Below are positions 42,969 to 53,028 of a stretch of 64,000 nucleotides of DNA, piece by piece. The notes below the pieces were generated by a model. That model saw only the letters and a list, made by a program, of their open reading frames with translations. It made no database searches and was not told the DNA's origin. Location of the stretch: positions 32,001-96,000 of the IMG/VR virus record IMGVR_UViG_3300044712_000688; one strand, given 5' to 3'. The stretch's first letter is position 1. The number at the start of each line of letters is the position of its first letter. The position numbers and the translations under genes were made by a program. The DNA comes from a virus.

Positions 42969-45900
42969 GTGAGCTCAGCATTCACTACTCTCATCAGCAA
43001 GATTGAAAACTACTACGCTGATCACGACTACACTACCGAGGATGCCGAGTATCTTTCTCGACTAGCCATCGTTGAGTACGCTAAGGAAAAGAACGCGCTG
43101 GTTGCTTCAGCTCGTCAGGTTCCAGAGACTTCGATTGACAACATCATCGAGACAGCAATCCACTTCAACCTAGATGCTGACCCGAGCGAGTGGATGCTAT
43201 TTGCAGCTAACGCTGTTGACAACGTCCTCAACTACTCCCACCACGGAATCATCGCCTCTGGCCTTGGCGAATACACCGACTTCCTACCTCTAGGACACCC
43301 TTCACGTACTAACCGCGGTGCTATGACCGCATCTGCTCTATCTCAGTTGACTGCCCTCTGGGTGGCCGGAGATCCTCGCATTGCTTCGGAGCAGGCTCGT
43401 CTTGACGTTTACAGTGCATATGCGACCAAGCCTGGGTCAGTAGAAGCCGACTACGCTAGCGCAAAGCTAGGTGCTTTAGTTGCTGCTGGCTATGTCCCAG
43501 AAGACGTAGTACTTCCTGTTACTGCAGCTTTCAAGATGAGCTTCGCTATGCGTTCTGCAATGGCAAAGGCGCTGGCCGCTGTTCGTCGTCGTCACCGTGA
43601 CGGTCGATTCGCGGAAGAGTTCGGACGTCTACGTGGGTTCTTCAAGCGCGGAGACGGAAGCATCTTCTCCGAGGATGGCCGTATTGTTGGTGCGCCAGCT
43701 GGAACTAATAACTTCCAGATTGAGATTAAAGACAGTCCAGAAATTCCTGATGGCATCTACACCATTGACGCTGCAAAGACTGCGCCAGTAAAAGCTATTC
43801 TTTCTAAGCGTGCGCTTTCTAAGGTAAAGGGTCTTAAGGCTAACCGCTCCATCACAAACCCGAGCAAGGCAGATATTGCTTCTGCAATTCCTCTAGAAGA
43901 CTTCCTAAAGACCCGTGCAGATGCTCCAGAGGGCTGGACCAAAAACGAAGACGGTTCTTTCACCTCTAAGACTGGTCAGACCGTAAAGGCAATTACCACC
44001 CAGCCTAAGGGCGACTATATGGTTGAGGGCGCAGGCGAGAGCGGTGCCATTGACCCTAACACCCCGATGTTTGAGATTCGCGATAAGAATGGCGAGCTTC
44101 TAGGTGTTGGTCAGAACTGGGCAGGTCTTAACAAGATTGCTATGACCTATGACGCCCTAAGTGGCGAAGGTAGCAACACTCCAGACGAGCCAGGGCTAGA
44201 CCAGAAGGCTGGTGGCTCTAATCTTGACTCGCTAGTTAAGGAGCTAAAAGACGCTTCGTCTAAGTGGATGGATGAACAGCGCTTCAGCCCAGACGAGTAT
44301 GACGAGGCCACGGATGCAATGCCAGACCCTGCCGTTACTGCTGACTTTATTCTCCAAGCTGAGAAGTCGGGGGACACCTCGGAACTCAAAGGGCTACTTG
44401 ATGCTTATGAGGAAAGGCCATATGCTGAAGTCCTTAAGAAGGCAATTGAGCGTATTGATGGTGAAAAGGGTCTAGACCAGAAGCCGGGAGAAGGCAAGAA
44501 CTGGTATGACAACACCATTGACTTTGACCACCTATCTGATCCAGCTAACTGGAAGGGCTTTAAGGAAGGTACCCATGAGTACGTCTCTCCAGATGGAAAG
44601 CTAGAGCTAACTTGGGAGCCAGACGGTGAGCCAGACATGGGCGATGGCGCTACAGATCTGTCTGGAATTAGTGTTACCTATGATGGTCAGCCAATTGGCT
44701 CTTACTTGGCAAGTTACCGTGATTTAGAAGACGGCGACATCGCAGATGGCCTAAAGGATCTTTTCAAGAAGGAAAGCTGGTTCAGCCCAGACAACCTTGT
44801 TAAGTTCGGCCAGTATGGCAGTGCAGAATACAACAGCCCTGACGGTGGTGGCGTATACGTTGAACCTAAGGGCTCTAAGTATGAAGTTACTAAGTCGATT
44901 CCTCAGGGTATGATTGACGAAAACGTCGAACACTCCTATGAAAAAGTCGAGACCTACAACACCAAGGAAGAGGCCCACAAAGCGGCCGAAGACTTTGCAA
45001 GGTTGCTTGAGGACCCTTCGAAGAAGTATGACCTTCTATACGGGGACTGGAGTGACAGTGACGGTGGCTTTGATCAAGCTCCGGGCGAACCTACAAAACT
45101 AAGCGCAGCTGGTAAGAAGATTGCCAAGGACCTAGGTGACCACAAGTTCTTCCTCGAAGAGGATGCAGACGGAAACTTTACTGGAGGAGAATCAACTTAC
45201 ACTTCTCCAGATGGTCGTGTAGAAGTTAAGTACCGTGACGGCTCTTGGTTTGATGACGAGAAGGGCTACGTTGCTTGGGACGAGATGCAGGTCTCTGTAG
45301 ACGGCAAGCCAGTTGACAGCGTACTTCGCAACAAGCGAGAGTCTTGGCCTGACTTTCTTGACCGTGTTGCTGCTATGGCAGAGAACGGTCTAGAGAACCC
45401 TAACTATGCAGAAGAGAAGAAGGCTAAGCGCGAAGCCGACCGCAAGGCTCAGGAAGACTTCTATAACTCTCCAGAGCAGGTAGAAAAGCGTGCCCGCGCT
45501 AAGTGGGAAAAGGAGCAGGAAGAAGCTGCTCAGGCTCAGGCTCGTGATGCAGCTGACAAAGAAGGTCTACTTAAGAAGGTAGATGATCTAGCAAACAAGA
45601 TCTTCAATGGTGAAAGCGACGACAGCATCTGGGTTGGCGACGAGGACGAAGAAGGCTTCCGCAACTGGGGCGTCTATAACGAAGATGGCGAAGAGGTTGC
45701 GACCGGAAACGCTGGACCAAACTGGGACGCTACTGATATTGCTTCCGAAATTCGTGATGGCGTTAACTCGTACCTAGACAAGAAGATGGAAGAAGAGGCT
45801 GACTTCCAGTCGGGCTTTGACCAGAAGGCTGGCGAAGACAAGGCGGAGGCACCAGCTAAGCCACTATCTGAAAAGCAGATGGAACCAGCTACTGACAAGC

Positions 45901-48392
45901 AGTACGCACTTCTTGAGGAGCTTAACTCAGAGCGTGATGGTATTGACCCAGTCACTCAGAAGGCTATTGACGATGCACTAGCCAACAAGAACCTGACAAA
46001 GGCTCAGATGGCGTCTCTGTTTGGCGACCTTACTAAGAAGCCTTTCAAGCCAAACGTAGACCCTACCAAGCCAACCGAGCGCCAGATCAACTCGCTTCAG
46101 GGCTACCTAACCACCAAAGAACTAACTCCTGACGAGATGAACGACATTCTTGCTCAGCTTGATGCGGGACTAGATCGCGACTCAATCGAAAAGATTACTG
46201 CCAAGCTACGTCGTCGTCCAGACCGTCAGCCGACTGAAGGATTTGACCAAGCTGCCGGAATTGACAGCGAGTTCGATGACGAATACGACTCGGCTCACGC
46301 TGATGTAGAGTCTGCAATTGACCAAGCTCTGGAGGACTACCAGAACTCGCTGGAGGCTGACGGACTATCTGAGGCAGAGATTTCTGACAAGATGGACGAG
46401 GCAAACCAGATTGCCGAGCGTCTGCGTGATTCGTCCAATGTTGCTGACGCACAGGGAGCCGAGCGTGACATTGCTAACGACACCACTGGTGGAATCTTTG
46501 ACAAGATTGTTGAAGACATTCGCACTAACGCAGAGGCTCTAGACTCACGTAAACAGAAGAACCTTGCTGACGCTGATCAGGCGAAGGCAGACGAGGTTCA
46601 GGCTGCGATTGACGGAGACGACTCTAGCTTCCTCGAAGACATCGTAAATGACCCGAGCTACAGCGAGTATCAGTCTCAGATTGAGGATGCTCTCGCTGAC
46701 ATCAACGCACGTAAGGGCGAAGAAGAGCCTGGATTTGATCAGGCTTCTGGTAAGACCATTGCTGATGCATGGGAAGGTCTAGACCAAGATACCAAGGACA
46801 GCGTAGTCGAGTCAATGAGCGACTACCTACTTAAGTTACGTCAAACTAACCCAGACGAGTTCTACGACATGGTTTATGACGTAGCTGTAGATCACCCAGA
46901 TGGCAAGCGTGTGATGCAAAAGCCTCAGAACTATGCCGAGGACTTCATTGACTTCTATGCTAATGAAGACCCAGAGCTGATTGCAGACATGCTTGAAAAT
47001 GCTGGAGTTGATCTTGACGGCTTTGACCAAGCTCCAGGCAAGACTCTATCTCCAAAGATGATGGAGCCAGCTACTGACGCTCAGTACAACTACTTGCAGA
47101 GTCTTTTCGACAGCAAGACTGGAATTGATGACGAGACTGCTCAGGCTGTTAAGGAAGCTCTTGACTCAAAGAACTTGACTAAGGCTCAGGCTGGTGGATT
47201 CATCGGTAAGCTCCGTGACCTTGGTGACAAGGAGAACATGGGCCAGTACGGCAAGCCTTCTCAGAAGATGATTGACTCTGTAAAGCGTGACGTCTACGCT
47301 AAGGGCCTATCTGACGCAGACCGCGAAGAAATTCTTAAGGGTCTAGAGGACAAGTCAAAGGGCGATGTCTCATTTATTATCAGCATGCTGAAAGAAATGG
47401 ATGACGTCGAGGGTGGTATTCCAAAGTACATTGACAGCCTAGTTCAGAGTGGCGACGTAGATGCATTGAAGCGTCTACGTGCTGACGATCGCTATGGTCG
47501 TTGGTCAAGCCAGATGGATGACGCTCTAGCAAAGATGGACTCTGGTAATCAGGGTTTTGACCAAGCTCCCGGGGAGCGCTCTAGCAGCGACCGAGGTCAG
47601 ATGAAGTCAGATCTATCTTCTCTAGCTGAAGAGGTAGAGAACAGCAATGAAATCGGCTACGCATTTCTAAACAAGAACTTCGTTGACGGTCTTGATCTGA
47701 ATGACCCTGACGACGCTTACTACCTACACGCTGAGTTGATGGATGCATACAAAGCAATGCGTCCTAACTCAGAAGAAGGTAAGGCATTGGAAGCTCGTCT
47801 TAAGAAGGCTGCTGATGACCTGCTCAACAGCATCGAGTCAGACCTAGGCCCTATTGAAGCAGCTAAGCGCGACCCAGAAGACATGGGAAGCAGTTTTGAA
47901 TTTGATAGTGCTGTAGATGACCTACCTGACTTCTTTGACTACTACTTCCCGACTGATGCATCATCGGATATGAGAAATGATCCAGATGGTGGTTCAGTTG
48001 GTGATGTTCGAGGTGGTGGCTGGGAAGCTTCTGTACGCTTCAACGAGGAAACTCAGAAGTGGGAAGCCGACATGACTTCGCCAGGATTTGCTTCCGAGAA
48101 CTACAGCGAGTCTTTCGATGACCAAGATGAAGCAGCCGACTGGGTAGCAAATGAGCTTGATCGCCAGAACACTTCAACACGTAATCGTGACACTAATATT
48201 CTTGCTGAAGATGGTCTTGCCGGACTCATCGAGGAGTATGGAGATGATCCAGCAGAACTAGCTGGCGTTCTAGAAGGTGTCATTGGATGGCTTCGAGGTA
48301 CTAACCGTGGACAAGCACAGAAGATTGCAAGTACTCTAGATGACTATGTTACTCGCCTACGCGAGCAGCTGGCCAAAAACCCAAAAGCCTAG
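42969..48392 (+). CDS. Giant acidic multi-module head-associated (polyvalent-like) protein
   Basis: About 1,807 aa from GTG 42969 (AGGAAGG upstream); eight G(F/L)DQ motifs; duplicated EPATDxQ...LTKAQ modules. Confidence 0.85.
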   Translation: MSSAFTTLISKIENYYADHDYTTEDAEYLSRLAIVEYAKEKNALVASARQVPETSIDNIIETAIHFNLDADPSEWMLFAANAVDNVLNYSHHGIIASGLGEYTDFLPLGHPSRTNRGAMTASALSQLTALWVAGDPRIASEQARLDVYSAYATKPGSVEADYASAKLGALVAAGYVPEDVVLPVTAAFKMSFAMRSAMAKALAAVRRRHRDGRFAEEFGRLRGFFKRGDGSIFSEDGRIVGAPAGTNNFQIEIKDSPEIPDGIYTIDAAKTAPVKAILSKRALSKVKGLKANRSITNPSKADIASAIPLEDFLKTRADAPEGWTKNEDGSFTSKTGQTVKAITTQPKGDYMVEGAGESGAIDPNTPMFEIRDKNGELLGVGQNWAGLNKIAMTYDALSGEGSNTPDEPGLDQKAGGSNLDSLVKELKDASSKWMDEQRFSPDEYDEATDAMPDPAVTADFILQAEKSGDTSELKGLLDAYEERPYAEVLKKAIERIDGEKGLDQKPGEGKNWYDNTIDFDHLSDPANWKGFKEGTHEYVSPDGKLELTWEPDGEPDMGDGATDLSGISVTYDGQPIGSYLASYRDLEDGDIADGLKDLFKKESWFSPDNLVKFGQYGSAEYNSPDGGGVYVEPKGSKYEVTKSIPQGMIDENVEHSYEKVETYNTKEEAHKAAEDFARLLEDPSKKYDLLYGDWSDSDGGFDQAPGEPTKLSAAGKKIAKDLGDHKFFLEEDADGNFTGGESTYTSPDGRVEVKYRDGSWFDDEKGYVAWDEMQVSVDGKPVDSVLRNKRESWPDFLDRVAAMAENGLENPNYAEEKKAKREADRKAQEDFYNSPEQVEKRARAKWEKEQEEAAQAQARDAADKEGLLKKVDDLANKIFNGESDDSIWVGDEDEEGFRNWGVYNEDGEEVATGNAGPNWDATDIASEIRDGVNSYLDKKMEEEADFQSGFDQKAGEDKAEAPAKPLSEKQMEPATDKQYALLEELNSERDGIDPVTQKAIDDALANKNLTKAQMASLFGDLTKKPFKPNVDPTKPTERQINSLQGYLTTKELTPDEMNDILAQLDAGLDRDSIEKITAKLRRRPDRQPTEGFDQAAGIDSEFDDEYDSAHADVESAIDQALEDYQNSLEADGLSEAEISDKMDEANQIAERLRDSSNVADAQGAERDIANDTTGGIFDKIVEDIRTNAEALDSRKQKNLADADQAKADEVQAAIDGDDSSFLEDIVNDPSYSEYQSQIEDALADINARKGEEEPGFDQASGKTIADAWEGLDQDTKDSVVESMSDYLLKLRQTNPDEFYDMVYDVAVDHPDGKRVMQKPQNYAEDFIDFYANEDPELIADMLENAGVDLDGFDQAPGKTLSPKMMEPATDAQYNYLQSLFDSKTGIDDETAQAVKEALDSKNLTKAQAGGFIGKLRDLGDKENMGQYGKPSQKMIDSVKRDVYAKGLSDADREEILKGLEDKSKGDVSFIISMLKEMDDVEGGIPKYIDSLVQSGDVDALKRLRADDRYGRWSSQMDDALAKMDSGNQGFDQAPGERSSSDRGQMKSDLSSLAEEVENSNEIGYAFLNKNFVDGLDLNDPDDAYYLHAELMDAYKAMRPNSEEGKALEARLKKAADDLLNSIESDLGPIEAAKRDPEDMGSSFEFDSAVDDLPDFFDYYFPTDASSDMRNDPDGGSVGDVRGGGWEASVRFNEETQKWEADMTSPGFASENYSESFDDQDEAADWVANELDRQNTSTRNRDTNILAEDGLAGLIEEYGDDPAELAGVLEGVIGWLRGTNRGQAQKIASTLDDYVTRLREQLAKNPKA

Positions 48393-48409
48393 CCCCCAAT
48401 GAGGGGGCT
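48380..48409 (+). other. Predicted programmed -1 ribosomal frameshift signal
   Basis: C_CCA_AAA heptamer 48380-86, 4-nt spacer, hairpin agccccc-aatga-gggggct 48391-48409; -1 frame open from 48344 to 50692. Confidence 0.8.
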
Positions 48410-50692
48410 GAGCCTGGATTAGATCAGGACGCTCCAGATTTAGACCGAATCAAGAGCATCCTAGATAAGTACCGTACTAAGCCAACTGCCACAGAGACTG
48501 TACGTCCATCTGTAGCCGAAGGCGAGCCGGGATCTAGAACTAATCCACTCGAACTTACTCAGGAGCAACTTGATGAAAAGCTTGCCTCTGTAACCGAGAC
48601 TAACAAGGCTGCGGCTTCCAGTGTTTTGTCTAGCGTACTAGACAAACTGCGCAATCCTAGAAGCATCAAAGATTGGGTACAAAAGTGGAAGAGAGACGGT
48701 AACCGACCTCTCCCAGTCAACCCTGCAAGTGAGACCCACTACACCGGCCCCAACCTATTGGTCTTGGAAAACGCAGCTTCAGAAAACGGATTCAGCGACC
48801 CTAGATGGATGAGTGCGTCTCAGGTTGCTCAGGCTGGAGGAACAATCCCAGCTGGAACCAAGGGTACTCAGATTCTTGTACCTAGCTTCTTTGTAACCAC
48901 CCGTGACGGCAAGGTTGTCGAGCACTTTGAGTTTAGAAAAGTCACTGTTTTTAATGGTGATCAGATTCAAGGAATCGCTCCATACAACGCTGACGAAAAC
49001 AAGTCCTACACCGCAAAAGAGGCTGTAGATATCATCCTTGACAGAATGCGTGAAGCAGCCGAGCTTCGAGGTGTCAAGGCTCCTGAAATGTTTGGTATTC
49101 AGCTAGATGAAAACCAGAATCCACGCTGGATGCCTAACTATCGCGGAGAAGTTGATAGGATCCGACTACCACTCCGAGCAAACTTTGATAGCGATGAGTC
49201 TTGGTTTAATGCCATTACCCACGAACTAATTCACAGCACGGGTAGAACCAACCGACTTAACCGAGAAGAAGTTAAGAAGGCACTAGATGGAAACAGCAAT
49301 GCCTACGCAGAAGAAGAGCTAACTGCCGAGCTAGGCTCCATGCTTCTATCAAAGATGTTTGGTCTTGACGCTGACCAAGATAACTCAATCAGCTACTTGC
49401 TCACTCACATTAGAAACCTAGATGGCATTGACGCGGATAAGGCCGTGACTGATGCCATGACTAGGGCACAGCTAGCTGCCGACTACCTGCTTGGTAACGA
49501 TGTTCTTCCTCAGTGGAACCCGCTGAAGACTAAGGTTGCCCCGACCCCACAGTCGGTAAGAATGGCGTCTACTACTCCAGAAGACTCGAGCCTGAACCCA
49601 GACACTAATCCTGATTCAGTTGATGCTCCTCTAGTAGGACTTGACCAAGCCCCGGGCAAGAAGCCTTTCAACCGCGCTAAGTCCGTGTCTGACAGCAAGG
49701 ATGCTAAAGAGCGAGTTCTATCTGGACTACTGGAAAAGATTAAAGAAGGTAAGGCTCCTTGGCGTAAGCCATTTAAGGATGACGCTAACTATGCTGGTGC
49801 ATTCGTTCCGCGTAACCCAGCATCGAAGCACATTTACAGCGGTATTAACTCGATTGTTCTTAAGCTGTACCAGCAGTTGTCTGGGTATGACGATCCTCGC
49901 TGGATGACCTACAACCAAGCCACAGAATTAGGTGGTCAGGTTCGTAAGGGCGAGAAAGGTGTACAAATCCTTGTTCCTTATAAGAGGGTCAAGAAAGAGA
50001 AGGATTCCTCAACTGGAGAAGAGAAGGTAACTGGTAGTTACGTAACATTTGGTGTAAAGACCGTGTTCAATGTTGAGCAGATTGATGGTCTAAACCTGCC
50101 TACCGTCAAGGCCGAGGCTGGAGAGCCTAAGACCCCGCTCGAGGCACAAGACTTCATTCTTGAGCGCTACCAAAAGTCAATGGAGGCCAAGGGTCTAAAG
50201 GCTCCTGAAATTTCATATACATATGTAGGTCAGTACGGTAGCCACTCATCTTCTCCAAACTGGGACCCAAGTTTCGACATGATTACCCTCCCAACCAAGG
50301 AGCAGTTCAATAGCCCAGAGGATATGTTTGACACCATTGCCCATGAGCTTGCTCACTCGACCGGACACAGGGATCGCCTTGACCGCACCGAGCTAACCAA
50401 GAACTATGGAACAAGCAATGCAGCCCGAGGTGAGGAAGAGCTTATTGCAGAAATCTCTGCAGCAATCCTAGCCAGCATGTTCGGTGTTAACAGCGACTTT
50501 GACAATACCGCGGCCTATGTAAAGAGTTGGCTAAAAGCACTACAGGATAACCCTGATATGGTTATGAAAGCCTCTTCTGAAGCTCAGAAGGTAGTAGACT
50601 ATTTGCTAGGTATGGATCTGGGAGACTGGAGCCCTATCGAGGGTTACCGAGCATCAAACAAATCTAAATCAGATGGAGACTCAGATGAGTAA
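48386..50692 (+). CDS. Tandem ArdC-like modules (ssDNA-binding N-domain plus zincin metallopeptidase) x2, probably expressed as -1 frameshift extension
   Basis: P.NP.S...Y.G.N...L, DPRWM...Q....GG....G.KG..I, VFN..QI.G; THELIHSTG and AHELAHSTG; EEL.AE; ORF-track TTG 48626 has no RBS. Confidence 0.85.
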   Translation, partial: SLAPNEGAEPGLDQDAPDLDRIKSILDKYRTKPTATETVRPSVAEGEPGSRTNPLELTQEQLDEKLASVTETNKAAASSVLSSVLDKLRNPRSIKDWVQKWKRDGNRPLPVNPASETHYTGPNLLVLENAASENGFSDPRWMSASQVAQAGGTIPAGTKGTQILVPSFFVTTRDGKVVEHFEFRKVTVFNGDQIQGIAPYNADENKSYTAKEAVDIILDRMREAAELRGVKAPEMFGIQLDENQNPRWMPNYRGEVDRIRLPLRANFDSDESWFNAITHELIHSTGRTNRLNREEVKKALDGNSNAYAEEELTAELGSMLLSKMFGLDADQDNSISYLLTHIRNLDGIDADKAVTDAMTRAQLAADYLLGNDVLPQWNPLKTKVAPTPQSVRMASTTPEDSSLNPDTNPDSVDAPLVGLDQAPGKKPFNRAKSVSDSKDAKERVLSGLLEKIKEGKAPWRKPFKDDANYAGAFVPRNPASKHIYSGINSIVLKLYQQLSGYDDPRWMTYNQATELGGQVRKGEKGVQILVPYKRVKKEKDSSTGEEKVTGSYVTFGVKTVFNVEQIDGLNLPTVKAEAGEPKTPLEAQDFILERYQKSMEAKGLKAPEISYTYVGQYGSHSSSPNWDPSFDMITLPTKEQFNSPEDMFDTIAHELAHSTGHRDRLDRTELTKNYGTSNAARGEEELIAEISAAILASMFGVNSDFDNTAAYVKSWLKALQDNPDMVMKASSEAQKVVDYLLGMDLGDWSPIEGYRASNKSKSDGDSDE

Positions 50693-50852
50693 AGAAAAGC
50701 CTGACATGCTAGGCGGATATACTGAGAATGATCCTGAGTATTGGACTCTTTTAGCCAAAATTATTGGTAATCCAGTACCAGATTACGAAGATGACAGTGA
50801 ATTCGTTGACGAAAACGGCGTTGTTATCAAAGATATCACACCTGATAAATAA
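50685..50852 (+). CDS. 55-aa acidic protein
   Basis: GGAG RBS, overlaps ArdC stop; not in ORF track. Confidence 0.55.
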   Translation: MSKEKPDMLGGYTENDPEYWTLLAKIIGNPVPDYEDDSEFVDENGVVIKDITPDK

Positions 50853-50913
50853 ATCACTTTGATAAATAACGGGTAAAATTAGTCTAGGGTTTCTGACTTT
50901 ATAGGATTGATGG

Positions 50914-53028
50914 ATGAACCACCTAATCGGCCGCTCTGGCGAACTAGCATTCTATGCTAACAATACACACGGTGTAGTGATCAACACTGCCGTAGGAGCT
51001 GTCGTCGCTAGCGGTGTAGCCCTCGACATTTTCGCAGAAAACAAATGGGAAACCTCGGGTACCCCCCTTACTCCGGCTGAAAAACTGCTTGCCGATAAGG
51101 TTCTAGCCAACCTAGAAGAAGAAGCCATCGTTGCTTCTGCAGACAGAATGTACACCATTCCTAAGTCTGTAGAGGCAGAGGCAAAGAAAGCTTTAGAGTG
51201 GCGTAAGGAAGAAGGCCGAGGAGGGACTCCTGTTGGCCTAAACACTGCTCGCACGCTTGCTAAGGGCGGTCAGATCGGTATCCGCAAGATTCGCCACATT
51301 GCTAAGTACTTCCCTCGTCACGAAGTTGATAAGAAGGGTAAAGGCTGGAAGCCTGGCCAAGATAACTTCCCATCTAACGGTCGTATCGCATGGGCACTTT
51401 GGGGTGGAGACGCCGCTTGGCGTTGGGCACGTGCAATCGTTGAGCGCGAAGATAAGAAAGAGAAGTCAGTCACTGCTGGTGGTGGCTACACTGTCTCTAA
51501 CTATGTAGATCAGGTCAACTACCCTAAGCAGAACGAAGAGCTAAACCCGTTCAAGTACGCTCATGAGCTTGATGAAAACTACGGCCCAGAATTCTTGGCT
51601 CGAGTTTGCCTAGATGGTTCTGGTATTGACCGACTTTACATGATAGACATAGACGGCTCGGTCTACGTCTGGGACGACGCTTGCTGGGACAACCTAGGTC
51701 ACGTTGATGGTGACATCTGGACATACGACCGTATGTTGGATGATGTCTATGATCTAGAGGAAAAGTCTCACGTAATTATTGACCCTCAGTCTGCTCTTAT
51801 GATTGCAGCTCGTATGGCTGTAGACCCATACTGCAAGACTTCTGTCTTTGATCTAGATGCTGATGAAGCTTCTTTAATGGAGGCTGGTATTGGTGGCGAA
51901 GACTGGGAGTTTATTGACCAAGTAATTACTGCCGCAGCCCCTACCAACCAAGACGGCAACTACACTCCAGAAGAGCGTTCAGCAAACGCTGGTAACCAGC
52001 CTCGAGACGCTATGGGCCAGTTTGCTAAGGTAGGCCAGAAGGTAGCTATCGGTGGAGACGCTGCTAGAGGTTCTGGCACAATCCGCGACATTGATGGTGC
52101 TACTGGTATTGTTACCGTTGACCTTGCTGATGGACGAACTGTAAAGGTTGGTTCTAAGTACCTAGTCCCTGCAGAAAAGGCAAGTAGTCGTCCAAACTCT
52201 TTGCGTGTTGATGATGCAAATAAAGCTCCTATGGACTTCTCTGGGATCATTGGCGAGCCTCGTACTCCTCAGAACAGCAAGAAGGCCCACCTTCCGGGAA
52301 CTCTACCAAAGCTAGATGTCAATGAATTTATCAACAACTACGCTTCTTGGGTGGAGAAGGAACGCTACAAGCCAAGGAGCGCAGCTGACAAGGCTGCGGT
52401 CAAGAAGCGTTGGCCAAATGCCAAGTTCACAGATGCATCTATCATTGCCTCTGCCGAAGAGAAGATTCTCACTCCTTCAACTTCTGACGTAACCCCTAGG
52501 TACCTAGCTATCGTTGCTCAGGAAGACCCTGAAGCAATGGTTGATCTAGTAGCAATTATTCCTAAGACCGCTACTTCCACTTCTCCAATTGCCTACAAGC
52601 GTGAGGGAGATAAGTGGGTTCAGGATGACCAGACCCTAGCAGACCTTCGTTCAGCAACTAAGCCTCCAGTAGTAGAGCTAGATAAAGAATCCCTAAAGGA
52701 TGTTCTATCTCAGATGTCTGAGAACAAGCCTACAGAAGAGACTGCTCCAGAAGCGGTTATGGCTAGCTTGCTTACTGTCCTCGATGCTTTTGTGGCAGCA
52801 GGTGGAGCTGATAAGAACCGTGGCAACGCAGAAAAACTTCGTCGCTACTGGGTATATGGAGAAGGTGCTGCCAAGATCCGCTGGGGCCAGCCTGGAGACT
52901 GGAAGCGTTGTGTACGCTACCTAGCTAAGCACCTAGGCCCACGTGCAAAGGGATACTGCCAACTTCGTCACAAGGATGCCCTTGGCTACTACACCGCAAC
53001 CCATGCGAAAAGAGACCGTAATGGCTAA
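50914..53028 (+). CDS. Multi-domain head-associated protein
   Basis: EAKKALEWR...GRIAWALWGGD domain; QPRD..GQF; C-terminal RGNAEKLRRYW...AAKIRWG.PGD..RC domain. Confidence 0.8.
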   Translation: MNHLIGRSGELAFYANNTHGVVINTAVGAVVASGVALDIFAENKWETSGTPLTPAEKLLADKVLANLEEEAIVASADRMYTIPKSVEAEAKKALEWRKEEGRGGTPVGLNTARTLAKGGQIGIRKIRHIAKYFPRHEVDKKGKGWKPGQDNFPSNGRIAWALWGGDAAWRWARAIVEREDKKEKSVTAGGGYTVSNYVDQVNYPKQNEELNPFKYAHELDENYGPEFLARVCLDGSGIDRLYMIDIDGSVYVWDDACWDNLGHVDGDIWTYDRMLDDVYDLEEKSHVIIDPQSALMIAARMAVDPYCKTSVFDLDADEASLMEAGIGGEDWEFIDQVITAAAPTNQDGNYTPEERSANAGNQPRDAMGQFAKVGQKVAIGGDAARGSGTIRDIDGATGIVTVDLADGRTVKVGSKYLVPAEKASSRPNSLRVDDANKAPMDFSGIIGEPRTPQNSKKAHLPGTLPKLDVNEFINNYASWVEKERYKPRSAADKAAVKKRWPNAKFTDASIIASAEEKILTPSTSDVTPRYLAIVAQEDPEAMVDLVAIIPKTATSTSPIAYKREGDKWVQDDQTLADLRSATKPPVVELDKESLKDVLSQMSENKPTEETAPEAVMASLLTVLDAFVAAGGADKNRGNAEKLRRYWVYGEGAAKIRWGQPGDWKRCVRYLAKHLGPRAKGYCQLRHKDALGYYTATHAKRDRNG

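Noticed and set aside
48626-48628. Independent TTG start for the ArdC gene
   Set aside because: No RBS, and the frame is open and protein-like for 94 codons upstream, including a GLDQ motif; frameshift fusion is preferred, though not proven
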